Below, piece after piece: positions 10,657-20,215 of a DNA stretch of 64,000 bases. Within the stretch, counting starts at the first letter, position 1, and each line of letters begins with the position of its first letter. A model generated the notes under the pieces. It had not been told where the DNA came from and searched no databases. It saw only the letters and a list, made by a program, of their open reading frames with translations. The DNA is from Candidatus Geocrenenecus huangii (GTDB taxonomy: Archaea; Thermoproteota; Nitrososphaeria_A; Caldarchaeales; Wolframiiraptoraceae), in contig JALNLM010000001.1 in the NCBI GenBank assembly GCA_023254095.1, positions 32,001 through 96,000 of the forward strand. The letters are read 5' to 3'. The translations under genes and the position numbers were made by a program.

Positions 10657-11365
10657 TTGAAAGTTTTTTCACGGCTCGGTACAGCGGTATTGCTACAGCC
10701 ACTCCGATTACTACTTGACCAAAATTAACTGGTAATTCACCGAGTGCATAGTATCCTAATATGAATTGCTCGTATACGAAGTAGCCTGAAACCATTATCA
10801 ATCCTGAGAGTAGTAATACCAGCAATAGTAATCCATCGGCTTTCCTAGACCTTACAGTCAGATACAATGGTGTTGCAATTCCTAGAACTGCCAGAGGATA
10901 CCATATAAGTGGATGGATAACCCCTGCTATAGACATAAGCAGAGTGAATGAAGCTTCGAACTCTCCAGAAAGAATGTATAGCCCAACTAAGAGAATTGCG
11001 AATAGATATCCAGCAGATACGATTAAGGATAGAATAAATATTCTAGATGTTTTTTCTCTACCTGTTAGCTTTAAAGCCAGATACCCTGCAGCCCATCCCT
11101 CTGCAGCTTTTATCAAGAGTGTGGCTGGAGCATAGATATGGTATCCTAGGATGACGTCTGCTAGAGCTGAACCTACACCTCCTGCGAAGGCACCGACAAG
11201 TGGACCAAAAAACAGAGCAGTGAAATAGATCATGGTTTCTCCTAAGTTAAAATATCCTCTCGTAGCCGGAACATATACTGTAAAGACTATAGTTGCGGCA
11301 GTCACTAACGCTGTGGATAATGCAAGCCTCGCTGTCTTTAAACCCAAGTATGAAGTAGATTCCAT
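10649..11365 (-). CDS. ECF transporter S component
   Basis: VPATRGYFNLGE, GGVGSALAD, APATLLIKAAEG, NFGQ; multi-TM. Confidence 0.9.
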   Translation of the reverse strand: MESTSYLGLKTARLALSTALVTAATIVFTVYVPATRGYFNLGETMIYFTALFFGPLVGAFAGGVGSALADVILGYHIYAPATLLIKAAEGWAAGYLALKLTGREKTSRIFILSLIVSAGYLFAILLVGLYILSGEFEASFTLLMSIAGVIHPLIWYPLAVLGIATPLYLTVRSRKADGLLLLVLLLSGLIMVSGYFVYEQFILGYYALGELPVNFGQVVIGVAVAIPLYRAVKKLSTR

Positions 11366-11370
11366 TCTCT

Positions 11371-11419
11371 TTTATCTAGGTTCTGAAAGCAATATATAAG
11401 ATAAACCCTACATATAGGG
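11371..11419. promoter_or_regulatory. divergent promoter with TATA and two inverted repeats
   Basis: 56-bp intergenic; TATATAAG 11393-11400; TTTATCT(11371-77)/AGATAAA(11399-405); CCCTA-cata-TAGGG (11406-11419). Confidence 0.45.
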
Positions 11420-11421
11420 AG

Positions 11422-12861
11422 ATGAGGATCGAGTTAACCTGCCCTAGATGTGGTAGAAAGAAAGAGTATGATGCATTTAGCGGAAATCTTTGTAGTTGTA
11501 GAACTCCCTATCTAATCGATTATCCCGTCTTCGTAAAGTATGGTTCTGAGCTTTCAAAACTATTTGCTTCAAGACCTAAAGGTGTCTGGAGATATCTAGA
11601 GCTTCTACCTCCTACTACGATTAGCCCAATATCTATGGGTGAGGGTGGAACATATTTTCATCATTCAGAAGGTCTTGGTAGACAGATTGGTTTAAGAAAA
11701 CTATACATAAAGAATGAAGCTACAAATCCTACAGGCGCATTTACAGATAGGGGGGCATCTATTGAATTAACTAAGATCGTTGAGATAGGCGTTCGAAAGA
11801 TTCTGTGTGTGGCGGCGGGGAATCTTGCTGTCTCTATAGCTGGATACTCTGCTAAGGCAGGGATCCCTTGTTCAGTCTACCTGAAACATGGAGTAGAACA
11901 GGTGAAAATATTACAGGCACTTGCATACGATGCAGAAGTATATTTCACTAATGATCCTCAGATAACGATTAGGCTGCTCGGAGAATCTTCTAGCCAATAC
12001 ATAGTTACATCCTTAAGCCCTCTACTAATAGAAGGATACAAGACATGCATCCTCGAAATTCTAGAACAATTTGATTGGAATTCTCCTGACTGGGTCTCTA
12101 TACCTATTGGCAGTGGATCGCATATCACAGCATGCTGGAAAGCATTAAGAGAAACTGAGAAACTGGACTTAGTAAAAAACAGTCTACCAAAGATCTTGGG
12201 AGGACAGATCTCCTCATGTGCACCGATCGCTGAAGCATTCATGAAGAATAAAGAAGATGCAGAGCCACTACAAGTAGATAAAACAATATTTCCCGAGATC
12301 TCTGATCCTAGCCCAGCCTGGGCTTATACTGCTCTTAGAGCCGTAAGAGAACTGGGTGGAGCAATAGTTAAGGTAGACGAAGAAGAATTGATGAAAGCCA
12401 TCAAACTGCTTGCAAAAAATGAAGGAATACTAGCTGAGCCGGCGTCTGCCGTAGCACTAGCATCTATGATAAAGGCAGTAGAACTCGGAGTAATAAAGAG
12501 AGATGAATCGGTTGTCTATATTGTTACAGGATCTGGAATGAAGGATCCCTCGATCATAAAAGTAGTAACTGAAAGCAGGAACTTTTCAGAGATGGGAAAA
12601 GAGAAACGAATAGGATTCACTAAGATGAAGATCCTAGAATTATTGTTCGAGAAGCCTCTCCACGGATACGCAATCCAGAAAGAACTAGCTCTTAGGCATG
12701 GTCTCAAGATAAGCCTTCCCACTACCTATGAACATTTAAGAGATCTCCAGACAATGGGTCTAATACAACAATCTCTAATATCGAGGAATAGAGAAAAGAG
12801 GCTTAGGAAAAAATATATTATAACTGAGAGAGGGAAATGGTTTCTTAGAAGAACCGTCTAA
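11422..12861 (+). CDS. threonine synthase-like (fold type II) protein lacking the PLP lysine, fused to C-terminal PadR-like winged HTH
   Basis: N-terminal Zn ribbon, GEGGT, NPTGAFTDRG (canonical NPTGSFKDRG), EGILAEPASA, TGSGMKDP, then KILELL..PLHGYAI...TTYEHLRDL..GLI...RKKYIITERG. Confidence 0.88.
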   Translation: MRIELTCPRCGRKKEYDAFSGNLCSCRTPYLIDYPVFVKYGSELSKLFASRPKGVWRYLELLPPTTISPISMGEGGTYFHHSEGLGRQIGLRKLYIKNEATNPTGAFTDRGASIELTKIVEIGVRKILCVAAGNLAVSIAGYSAKAGIPCSVYLKHGVEQVKILQALAYDAEVYFTNDPQITIRLLGESSSQYIVTSLSPLLIEGYKTCILEILEQFDWNSPDWVSIPIGSGSHITACWKALRETEKLDLVKNSLPKILGGQISSCAPIAEAFMKNKEDAEPLQVDKTIFPEISDPSPAWAYTALRAVRELGGAIVKVDEEELMKAIKLLAKNEGILAEPASAVALASMIKAVELGVIKRDESVVYIVTGSGMKDPSIIKVVTESRNFSEMGKEKRIGFTKMKILELLFEKPLHGYAIQKELALRHGLKISLPTTYEHLRDLQTMGLIQQSLISRNREKRLRKKYIITERGKWFLRRTV

Positions 12862-13145
12862 TATAGTATCGAGAACTCTTTGAATTCTCCTACGTATTCT
12901 TCCCATTCAACCTCTATGTTTGTTACCTTTGCTCCAGATGGACCTATCCAGCACCATGATAACAATTTCTTAATATCTTCTTTCTCTCCTTCAAATACTG
13001 CTTCAACTCTCCCATCAGGTAGATTCCTGATCCAACCTTTCACACCAAGCTTATCAGCCATCTTTTTAGTATTCGACCTATAGAAGACACCTTGAACTCT
13101 ACCTTCGATAATAACATGAGCTCTCGCTTTCAACAGATTCACCAC
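12858..13145 (-). CDS. acyP: acylphosphatase
   Basis: GRVQGVFYR, GWIRNLPDGRVEAVFEG. Confidence 0.95.
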   Translation of the reverse strand: MVNLLKARAHVIIEGRVQGVFYRSNTKKMADKLGVKGWIRNLPDGRVEAVFEGEKEDIKKLLSWCWIGPSGAKVTNIEVEWEEYVGEFKEFSILY

Positions 13146-13255
13146 TTCCCGCTAAGAATATTGTCTGATTATGTTATTTTTAGTCTTTCACTTTAATGGG
13201 AGTACGTAAACTCCAGGAAAACATATTTACAGAGAATTAACATTAATTCTCTGGA

Positions 13256-14401
13256 ATGAAAGTCGACGTAGTAGTCGTAGGAGGAGGAGCCATTGGCTTA
13301 ATCGCTGCTAAGACGTTAGCTGAAAACAATGTTGAATCTACACTGATTGAAGAACATGAGGAGGTAGGTCTCCCGGAACATTGTGCTGGACTATTCAGTC
13401 TCCTTAATTTTAGAAGGCTAGGTCTTCCGACAATGGGAAAACATGTTGAGAATATAGTGAGAGGAGCGGTCTTTCATTCACCTAAAGGTAGAGAAATTAT
13501 GTTAGATGCTGGGAAGACGATAGCAATTGTTACTTCTAGAAAAATGTTAGACTCTTTCTTAGCACATGAATATGAACGGAGAGGTGGAGAGCTTATCTTG
13601 GGGGAGAGAGTGGTAGACCTATCTTTTACTAACGAACTTGTAAGAGTGAGGACAAAAAGCGGCTTAGAGGTAAGAGCAAAGAAAGTAATAGACGCTGAAG
13701 GTATGGTTTCTGCTTTGCTTAAAAAAACGTTAAAGAAAACTACCGAGAGGAAGATGTGGATCCCTATAATACAGGTATGGGTAGAGAATCATTCACTAGA
13801 CCCGAGATACGTTTATCTATTTTTCGAAGAATATCTTCCAGAATTCTTTGCCTACATAATCCCAGTAGATGATGAAGTAGGAAAACTTGGAGTAGCATCG
13901 AGAACTTGTTTGAAAATGAAATTAGAGAAATTTATCACAAGGAGGACTCCAGGTTTAAAGATCATTCGAAGTGTCTCACACGCAGTTTACACGGGTAGAC
14001 CGTTGAGACCCGACTCAAGCTCTATGATTATTCCTGTTGGAGATGTAGCTGGACACGTTAAGGCTAGTACGGGTGGAGGAGTAGTAATGGGTGGCCTAAT
14101 AGCAAGGAGCATCTGTAGGATCATCGCCTCTCAGCTTGCAGGAGTATCGGAGACAGCTAGCCAGGATAAGAGAACAATAGGTTATCTCATAAGAGAATTA
14201 AACAAGATCGCAAGCTTTATGAAATTATTCAGAAGCTTGCCCATTCATATTATTGAGAGATTATTCGAAATCATCGATAAAAGTAACCTCGTTGAAGAGT
14301 TATCTAGGAAGGCAGACATGGATTTCCAATTTACGTCGATCTCAAGAATACTTATGAGTCCAGGTATTTTGGCCAGACTTCTATTCGCTTCTTTAACCTA
14401 A
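13256..14401 (+). CDS. geranylgeranyl reductase-family FAD oxidoreductase
   Basis: VVVVGGGAIG, PEHCAG, DAEG, VGDVAGHVKASTGGG. Confidence 0.85.
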   Translation: MKVDVVVVGGGAIGLIAAKTLAENNVESTLIEEHEEVGLPEHCAGLFSLLNFRRLGLPTMGKHVENIVRGAVFHSPKGREIMLDAGKTIAIVTSRKMLDSFLAHEYERRGGELILGERVVDLSFTNELVRVRTKSGLEVRAKKVIDAEGMVSALLKKTLKKTTERKMWIPIIQVWVENHSLDPRYVYLFFEEYLPEFFAYIIPVDDEVGKLGVASRTCLKMKLEKFITRRTPGLKIIRSVSHAVYTGRPLRPDSSSMIIPVGDVAGHVKASTGGGVVMGGLIARSICRIIASQLAGVSETASQDKRTIGYLIRELNKIASFMKLFRSLPIHIIERLFEIIDKSNLVEELSRKADMDFQFTSISRILMSPGILARLLFASLT

Positions 14402-14431
14402 ATTAGAGACCTTGCTTTAATCTCTTCTACT

Positions 14432-14683
14432 TTATTCTAGCAGTGAAACAGACTTCAACTTACTAATAAGATTGATTATTGGTTCTCTTACTTCTTCCGC
14501 AGGCATATTGCTAACTTCTGAGAAGTGATTAACAACCTCATCGGTTGTTTTTCCATCACTAATACTCCAGATATATGCAACTACTTCATCTACCCCGAAA
14601 GCTTTGTCTTCCTCGTTTACCAATACTATCGAATCACCCTCTCTTACTAATGCACCTTTACGTTTTAATCTAGCTTCTTCCAT
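14432..14683 (-). CDS. stand-alone PqqD-family (RRE-like) protein
   Basis: 83 aa; beta strands then VAYIWSISDGKTTDEVV...EEVREPIINLISKL..LLE, the PqqD three-strand/three-helix pattern. Confidence 0.75.
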   Translation of the reverse strand: MEEARLKRKGALVREGDSIVLVNEEDKAFGVDEVVAYIWSISDGKTTDEVVNHFSEVSNMPAEEVREPIINLISKLKSVSLLE

Positions 14684-14727
14684 GACTTCTTTTCCATAAC
14701 CTTGTATATAAGTATTCTTAAAGGATG

Positions 14728-15789
14728 TTAAACCCGTATATTCTCGATCAACGAAGGTAATTGATTGATATCTTCTATAATAGCATCCGCACCCCTGACC
14801 TCGAACTCTCTCGATAAATCTTCATTATTTGATACTGCTACGAATCCAACTTCTAATCCTTCTCTACAAGCTGCCTGAGACATGAGGAGATCTTCCATTG
14901 AGTTTCCAGCATATATCAATTTCTTGGTTCCAAGAGACTTTGCAGATTCTATCAGTGCTTTTGGACGGGGTTTCTCATACTCTAAGCCTTTGTCAGCTGT
15001 GAATATTGATGCTTCCATATTGAAGTACTTTAAGACCCGGCTAAGAGTCTTCTCAGTCTCCCATCTTCCTCTACCAGTAACTATTGCAATTCCTTTAGGT
15101 AAATAGCGGGCAAGTCTTCTTATCGATTCTTCACTTATTAGAAGTATCTCGTTTTCCAGAGTACCCTTGTAAAGGACATATCGAGGTTTCCACGAATACT
15201 TTTTTTCCACGCCTTCGCTCCCCAAGAATATTTCATCAAACAATGTTGCGAAAAAGCTTTCTCCAAAATTTCCAGGATATCCTAACATGGATCTTATTTT
15301 TGAAAGTCTATGATGAGTTTTGAGACTCGAAGCCTTAACATCTAGTAATTTCTCAACTTTATTTAAGTCGAAATATTCTTTCTTAGTCTTTAGCTCATTG
15401 CTTAACCATTTAAACGCTTCATGAACATATTCAGGATATGATTCAGATCCCTCTATTGGTTTGGTGTATTTATCGACATCCTTGACTGTATCCCATTTTT
15501 TAAGCTTGATATCTAGTGTGGATGGTAGAAAGATGCAGATGGTCTGGATGAGAGCCGAAGCAGAATCTGAATCGTTGTTGAATCCGCCCGTCATCCTCAA
15601 ACTAGCTAGAACGTCTTCGAAATCTTTGCCCAGCCTAACTTCGATATTGAAAAGCTTGTCAATCATGAGAGCTATGGATACCCTCATCGCTAGTTCATAG
15701 GAACCAGATGTATCAATTATCGTGCCATCACAATCGAATATGGCAGCTTCTGCATTCAGTATTCTCTCAATTCCGGCCAATATCCTCAT
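14728..15789 (-). CDS. HAD-superfamily hydrolase with large cap
   Basis: IFDCDGT, GGFNND, IVTGR, EKPRP, YAGNSMED; start uncertain. Confidence 0.85.
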   Translation of the reverse strand: MRILAGIERILNAEAAIFDCDGTIIDTSGSYELAMRVSIALMIDKLFNIEVRLGKDFEDVLASLRMTGGFNNDSDSASALIQTICIFLPSTLDIKLKKWDTVKDVDKYTKPIEGSESYPEYVHEAFKWLSNELKTKKEYFDLNKVEKLLDVKASSLKTHHRLSKIRSMLGYPGNFGESFFATLFDEIFLGSEGVEKKYSWKPRYVLYKGTLENEILLISEESIRRLARYLPKGIAIVTGRGRWETEKTLSRVLKYFNMEASIFTADKGLEYEKPRPKALIESAKSLGTKKLIYAGNSMEDLLMSQAACREGLEVGFVAVSNNEDLSREFEVRGADAIIEDINQLPSLIENIRV

Positions 15790-15856
15790 TCTAAAATTTT
15801 CATCATTCCAAAGCTTGGTTAAAAGTTTATCTATTGATATGCAGTTCTTAAAAGAC

Positions 15857-16240
15857 ATGGTTAAAGAGATAATATACACTGGGAAGGCTCCTAAACCTGT
15901 TGCATCCTATTCTCAAGCAATTAGATGTGATAAATTATTGTTTATCTCTGGACAGCTGGGGATAGATGTATCTACTGGAAAGCTGGCTGAAGGGTTCGAA
16001 GAACAAACAAGAAAGGCTTTCCAAAATATCAAGACAATACTTGAATCAGCTGGATACAAGATCGAAGATGTTGTCAGAGTCACGATCTATCTGAAGAGTC
16101 AAGAATACTTTAAGTCAATGAATATTCTTTATGAAGAATTCTTCAGGAACCATAAACCTACTAGGACTACTATTATTGCATCTCCACCGCTTCAAGATGC
16201 TTTAATAGAAGTAGACGTGATCGCTTATAGGGAAGATTAG
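15857..16240 (+). CDS. ridA: RidA/YjgF enamine-imine deaminase
   Basis: APKPVASYSQA, FISGQ, KPTR (catalytic Arg), LIEVD; start ATG 15857. Confidence 0.92.
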   Translation: MVKEIIYTGKAPKPVASYSQAIRCDKLLFISGQLGIDVSTGKLAEGFEEQTRKAFQNIKTILESAGYKIEDVVRVTIYLKSQEYFKSMNILYEEFFRNHKPTRTTIIASPPLQDALIEVDVIAYRED

Positions 16241-19200
16241 GCTTCAACTTTAATCATCTTGATCTCCTCAACCTGTTTCCTTAATTCTCTCAGTACATGT
16301 TGATAGTCTAGATCTCCCATCTCGATCTTATCCATGGTCAGCTCAAGCTGCCTAGTCACTTCTTCTGAAACGTATTCTCCAAAATATTCTTTCAAGTACG
16401 AATAAATTGATATCCCCTTGCTTGTAGGAATAAGCTTACCTTTCTTCTCGAAAACATAACCTCTATCAAACAAGACTTGCACAATCCTACTATATGTACT
16501 AGGCCTACCTATCCCTCTTTCTTTCATTAAAGCTATTATGTCTCCTTCACTGTAGAGCCAAGCTGCCGGGATCTTCCTTACTTCAACATTTTTGACATTA
16601 TATTCTCCCTCAACTATTTTTCTCCCTGTTCTTATTATTGGAAAAACCTTGTTGAAGCCGTGCTCAACTATCTCTACATTTTTATCGACTTCGACTTCCA
16701 TCCCATCCAATTCCACCTTGTACCTCTGGATAACTAGTCTAGCAGCTGGGAGTTGGCTGGCTATGAATCTTCTAAAGATCAATTCGTAGAGTCTTAAGTG
16801 ACTATTGGTTAGTTTGACTGATGGTTTTATCAACCCTATCCTGACGTAGTGGGATAGCTTGTTCACATCAATTGGTTTAACAGGTCTAATGCATTCATGC
16901 GCTCCTTCTCTCCAATATGTTTTGGGAGTGAAAACTCCAATATTCATCATTTCTATGTATTCTTTGGCTACGTTCAAACCAGTCGTTGAGACAGTAGTAG
17001 AATCTGTTCTATGATATGTTATGAGACCGCTCTCGAAGAGATCTTGGGCAAGTTTCATAACCTCGACTACTGGGAGACCTAGCTGAGTAAAAGCATCTTT
17101 TAAGAGAGAATCAGTAGTGTATGGGGGTAATGGTGGAACTTCCACTATTTCTTCTCTCAAGTCTTTTACTAGTGCTTTAAGCTCTCCACGCTTGTACTTC
17201 TCTAGGACGTACTCCAATCTAGACGGGTTCTCGAAAATTACTTCTACCCCATTCTCCAATAAGGCATATAGGAGAATCTTCTTGTTCCTATGTTGTTTGT
17301 ATCTTTCGATTATCCATCCCAGCACAGGTGTTTGAACCCTGCCAGCCGACAAGGTCTTTATCTTAAATCTGTCCCATAGCTTCCTACTTAGTTCAAATCC
17401 AAGCCATCTATCTTCTATCCTTCTAACTAGCTGGGATTCAACCAGCGGGATAGAGATTTTCGACTTATTGTTTAATGCATGGATTAACGCTCTTCTCGTG
17501 ACCTCGTGGAATTCTAACCGATATATGTTTGGATTATAGGGGGCTATAGATGAATAAATATCGTATGCAATCTTCTCTCCCTCAGCATCGGGATCCGTTG
17601 CGATATATACTTCATTAACCTCCAGAGCAATTTTTCTCAAAGCATCTATGATGTCTTTTTTTGAACTAATATCATCTGAGTTGCATGAGGGGCAACTATC
17701 GCTTTCTACAAATTGGTATCCGCACTTATTGCATTTCTTGATCGGCGCGAATACCGGGATGTATTTATCATACTCTTCTAAGACTCCGTGAAATCCGGGC
17801 ATTATAGATAATTCTGTTATATGACCCATACTTGCAGCGACCTGTATTACGAGGTTTGATGTACTTGTTTCATAGACAGGTATGCCTTCAACCTCTCTTC
17901 TATATGGTCTACCAAAGAATCTTGCGAACGTTTTTGCCTTAGTAGGGGACTCAACAATCATCAAAGCCATCTTCATAATATCTTTAGATGGGGGAACTAT
18001 CTTTCCAGCTATTATGTCCTTGATGAGCTGCCTATCCTTATCAACCTCCTTAAAGATTCTCTCGGCTTCTTCCTCACTGTATTTAACCCATTCAAAATCA
18101 TCTAAGAGTATTCGAAGCCTTCTAGTTAAAACCGTGAAGGTTTTCGAGTCGTCAACTAAAACGATGCTTACTCCCTTTGAGATTCCACCTGCATATAGCC
18201 TAGACGTTCTACCGGAAGCCTGGATATATCCTGAAGTATCCGGAATTATCAATGAGAAACCATCATCGTGGAGTTTGACCAGTATCTCCGTTTCTCTTAC
18301 TATCTTTTCTACGAATTCTTGTGTCAAGATCTTCTTCAATGTTCTTCTAGATTGTTCAACTAATTGCTGTACGTACCCTGCGTAGCCTTCAAGTCTAGCT
18401 CCTTTCTCGAACGATTCCTGGATCTTCGTAACTATTTCTTTAGGGACTGGGACTATATTCTTCAGCTTCTGGATTATCTTCATAATCTCCATCTTCAACG
18501 GCTCATCCAATATCTCTACAATATTCGTTAAGAGAGCGAAGATCTTGTTCGGGTTTTCTTCATCTTTTTTTATCTTTATCTCCCTCCTAGGTACACCTAC
18601 GAAGACCGCGTATCTAATTCTTTCAGGTAAATCTATCCCTCTCGCCAGCGGGCTACGGCTGCTCGATATACCTACCAAGACATCATATTCTCCTCTAGTA
18701 AATTTTTCAAGAATATCTTCTTCCATAACTTCGTAAAAGTATGGCTTGATACCTGATATTCTGAGCTTCTCAGATAATTTCCTTGCGTAATCTCTTCCTA
18801 ACGCTGAAGGAACAAAAATGAGGGCTCCACCACCATGTTCTTTCACTAATTCTATAGTCTTCTCTTCAATGTCTCCCTCGACGTTCATGTAGAAATCCAC
18901 TATATTCCTAATGAATTCTGGTTTTGTTCCAAGCTCGAATCCTAGGAGCTCTGAGAATATGTATATACGCTTCGTTTTTCTAGGGCGTATAGTTGCGCCT
19001 GTGACTACAAGTATCCCATGCCTTTTCTGTCTTTCTCTAATGATTTCATTCCTCAATTCTTCATATTCAGCTATGAGATCACTACTGCTCTGATGGGCTA
19101 ACCTCTTCTTAACCTCTACGAGTCTCATAACTGTGTCAATTATCTTGGGGTCGAACCCTAATAATGAAACAACCTTATCGATGTTTTTCGGAGACTTCAA

Positions 19201-19860
19201 GAAAGAGTCTACGTCATCTACAAAAATGTAGTCGAAGTTAGCGTCGTTGAGTAGGTCAATCCTGTCAACTAGGAATCTATCAGTTGTAATAAGTAGCTTA
19301 TAATCTTTTGACTCAATTTTTCTTAATGCTTCTTCTCTCTTATTCCTCGGCATACCTGCATGGTAGTAGACTATGTAGTCGGTTGGTATATCCAGCTTCT
19401 CAGCCATGGCGATAGCTTTCTCTGATACTTGCTCAACCAGCATAGAGCTCGGCAGCATCAGGTAACATCTACTCTTCTCGTACTTTACAAGATGCAGAGC
19501 CATGACAGTGCAGAAGACTGTCTTACCTATTCCTGTGGGAGCCACGATAGTGAAATTTTCTTTTAGGAATACTCTCCTAGCCCAAACCTCCTGTAAAGCC
19601 CACGGCTTAAAGCCAGTAGCTTTTGTAAAAGTTTCCCTAAACTTCTCCGTTAAATCTTCAATCTCAGCTATGATTCTGTATTTACGTAGTTTCCTGGTTT
19701 TCCTAAGAGCTTCCACTACGTCTGATGGTGAAAAACTATCAAGATGGCTTGGTAGGCATTCTCTACATACTCCGACCGTCTTTAAACGAGCATCATCTAT
19801 GCCTCCACCGCAGTTAGGACATAGATCTTGATAGATTATCCTAGTTTCTGATTCATCCAT
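16237..19860 (-). CDS. rgy: reverse gyrase
   Basis: N-terminal CPNC..C Zn finger, APTGIGKT, DDVD, QASGRTSR, TOPRIM VESPTKA/TDPDAEGE, SAGRVQ, ITYHRTD. Confidence 0.98.
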   Translation of the reverse strand: MDESETRIIYQDLCPNCGGGIDDARLKTVGVCRECLPSHLDSFSPSDVVEALRKTRKLRKYRIIAEIEDLTEKFRETFTKATGFKPWALQEVWARRVFLKENFTIVAPTGIGKTVFCTVMALHLVKYEKSRCYLMLPSSMLVEQVSEKAIAMAEKLDIPTDYIVYYHAGMPRNKREEALRKIESKDYKLLITTDRFLVDRIDLLNDANFDYIFVDDVDSFLKSPKNIDKVVSLLGFDPKIIDTVMRLVEVKKRLAHQSSSDLIAEYEELRNEIIRERQKRHGILVVTGATIRPRKTKRIYIFSELLGFELGTKPEFIRNIVDFYMNVEGDIEEKTIELVKEHGGGALIFVPSALGRDYARKLSEKLRISGIKPYFYEVMEEDILEKFTRGEYDVLVGISSSRSPLARGIDLPERIRYAVFVGVPRREIKIKKDEENPNKIFALLTNIVEILDEPLKMEIMKIIQKLKNIVPVPKEIVTKIQESFEKGARLEGYAGYVQQLVEQSRRTLKKILTQEFVEKIVRETEILVKLHDDGFSLIIPDTSGYIQASGRTSRLYAGGISKGVSIVLVDDSKTFTVLTRRLRILLDDFEWVKYSEEEAERIFKEVDKDRQLIKDIIAGKIVPPSKDIMKMALMIVESPTKAKTFARFFGRPYRREVEGIPVYETSTSNLVIQVAASMGHITELSIMPGFHGVLEEYDKYIPVFAPIKKCNKCGYQFVESDSCPSCNSDDISSKKDIIDALRKIALEVNEVYIATDPDAEGEKIAYDIYSSIAPYNPNIYRLEFHEVTRRALIHALNNKSKISIPLVESQLVRRIEDRWLGFELSRKLWDRFKIKTLSAGRVQTPVLGWIIERYKQHRNKKILLYALLENGVEVIFENPSRLEYVLEKYKRGELKALVKDLREEIVEVPPLPPYTTDSLLKDAFTQLGLPVVEVMKLAQDLFESGLITYHRTDSTTVSTTGLNVAKEYIEMMNIGVFTPKTYWREGAHECIRPVKPIDVNKLSHYVRIGLIKPSVKLTNSHLRLYELIFRRFIASQLPAARLVIQRYKVELDGMEVEVDKNVEIVEHGFNKVFPIIRTGRKIVEGEYNVKNVEVRKIPAAWLYSEGDIIALMKERGIGRPSTYSRIVQVLFDRGYVFEKKGKLIPTSKGISIYSYLKEYFGEYVSEEVTRQLELTMDKIEMGDLDYQHVLRELRKQVEEIKMIKVEA

Positions 19861-19975
19861 TCCCTATCATGAAAGATAGAATTATGATTAAAACTTTCCT
19901 AGATCTTCCGAAACATTAAATGACTGCATATATTGAAGAGAAGCATTTATTTATTTCCTCAGACATATAAATTAC

Positions 19976-20215
19976 ATGCCTTCAGCGTTCGTATTGATAA
20001 ATACTGAGATCGGGGCAGAAGAGGAAATACTTCAAGAATTGAAGAAGATACCTAGTGTAAAAGAGGCTTACGTTGTTTACGGAGTATACGATATTATAGC
20101 GAGGGTTGAAGCAGAAAACATGGATAAACTTAAAGAAATAATATCATGGAAGATAAGAAGACTGGATAAAGTTCGAAGTACACTAACAATGTTGGTAGTT
20201 ACTGGAGAGAGCTAA
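19976..20215 (+). CDS. Lrp/AsnC ligand-binding (RAM) domain-only protein
   Basis: AFVLIN...VYGVYDII...VRSTLTM; no HTH. Confidence 0.9.
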   Translation: MPSAFVLINTEIGAEEEILQELKKIPSVKEAYVVYGVYDIIARVEAENMDKLKEIISWKIRRLDKVRSTLTMLVVTGES

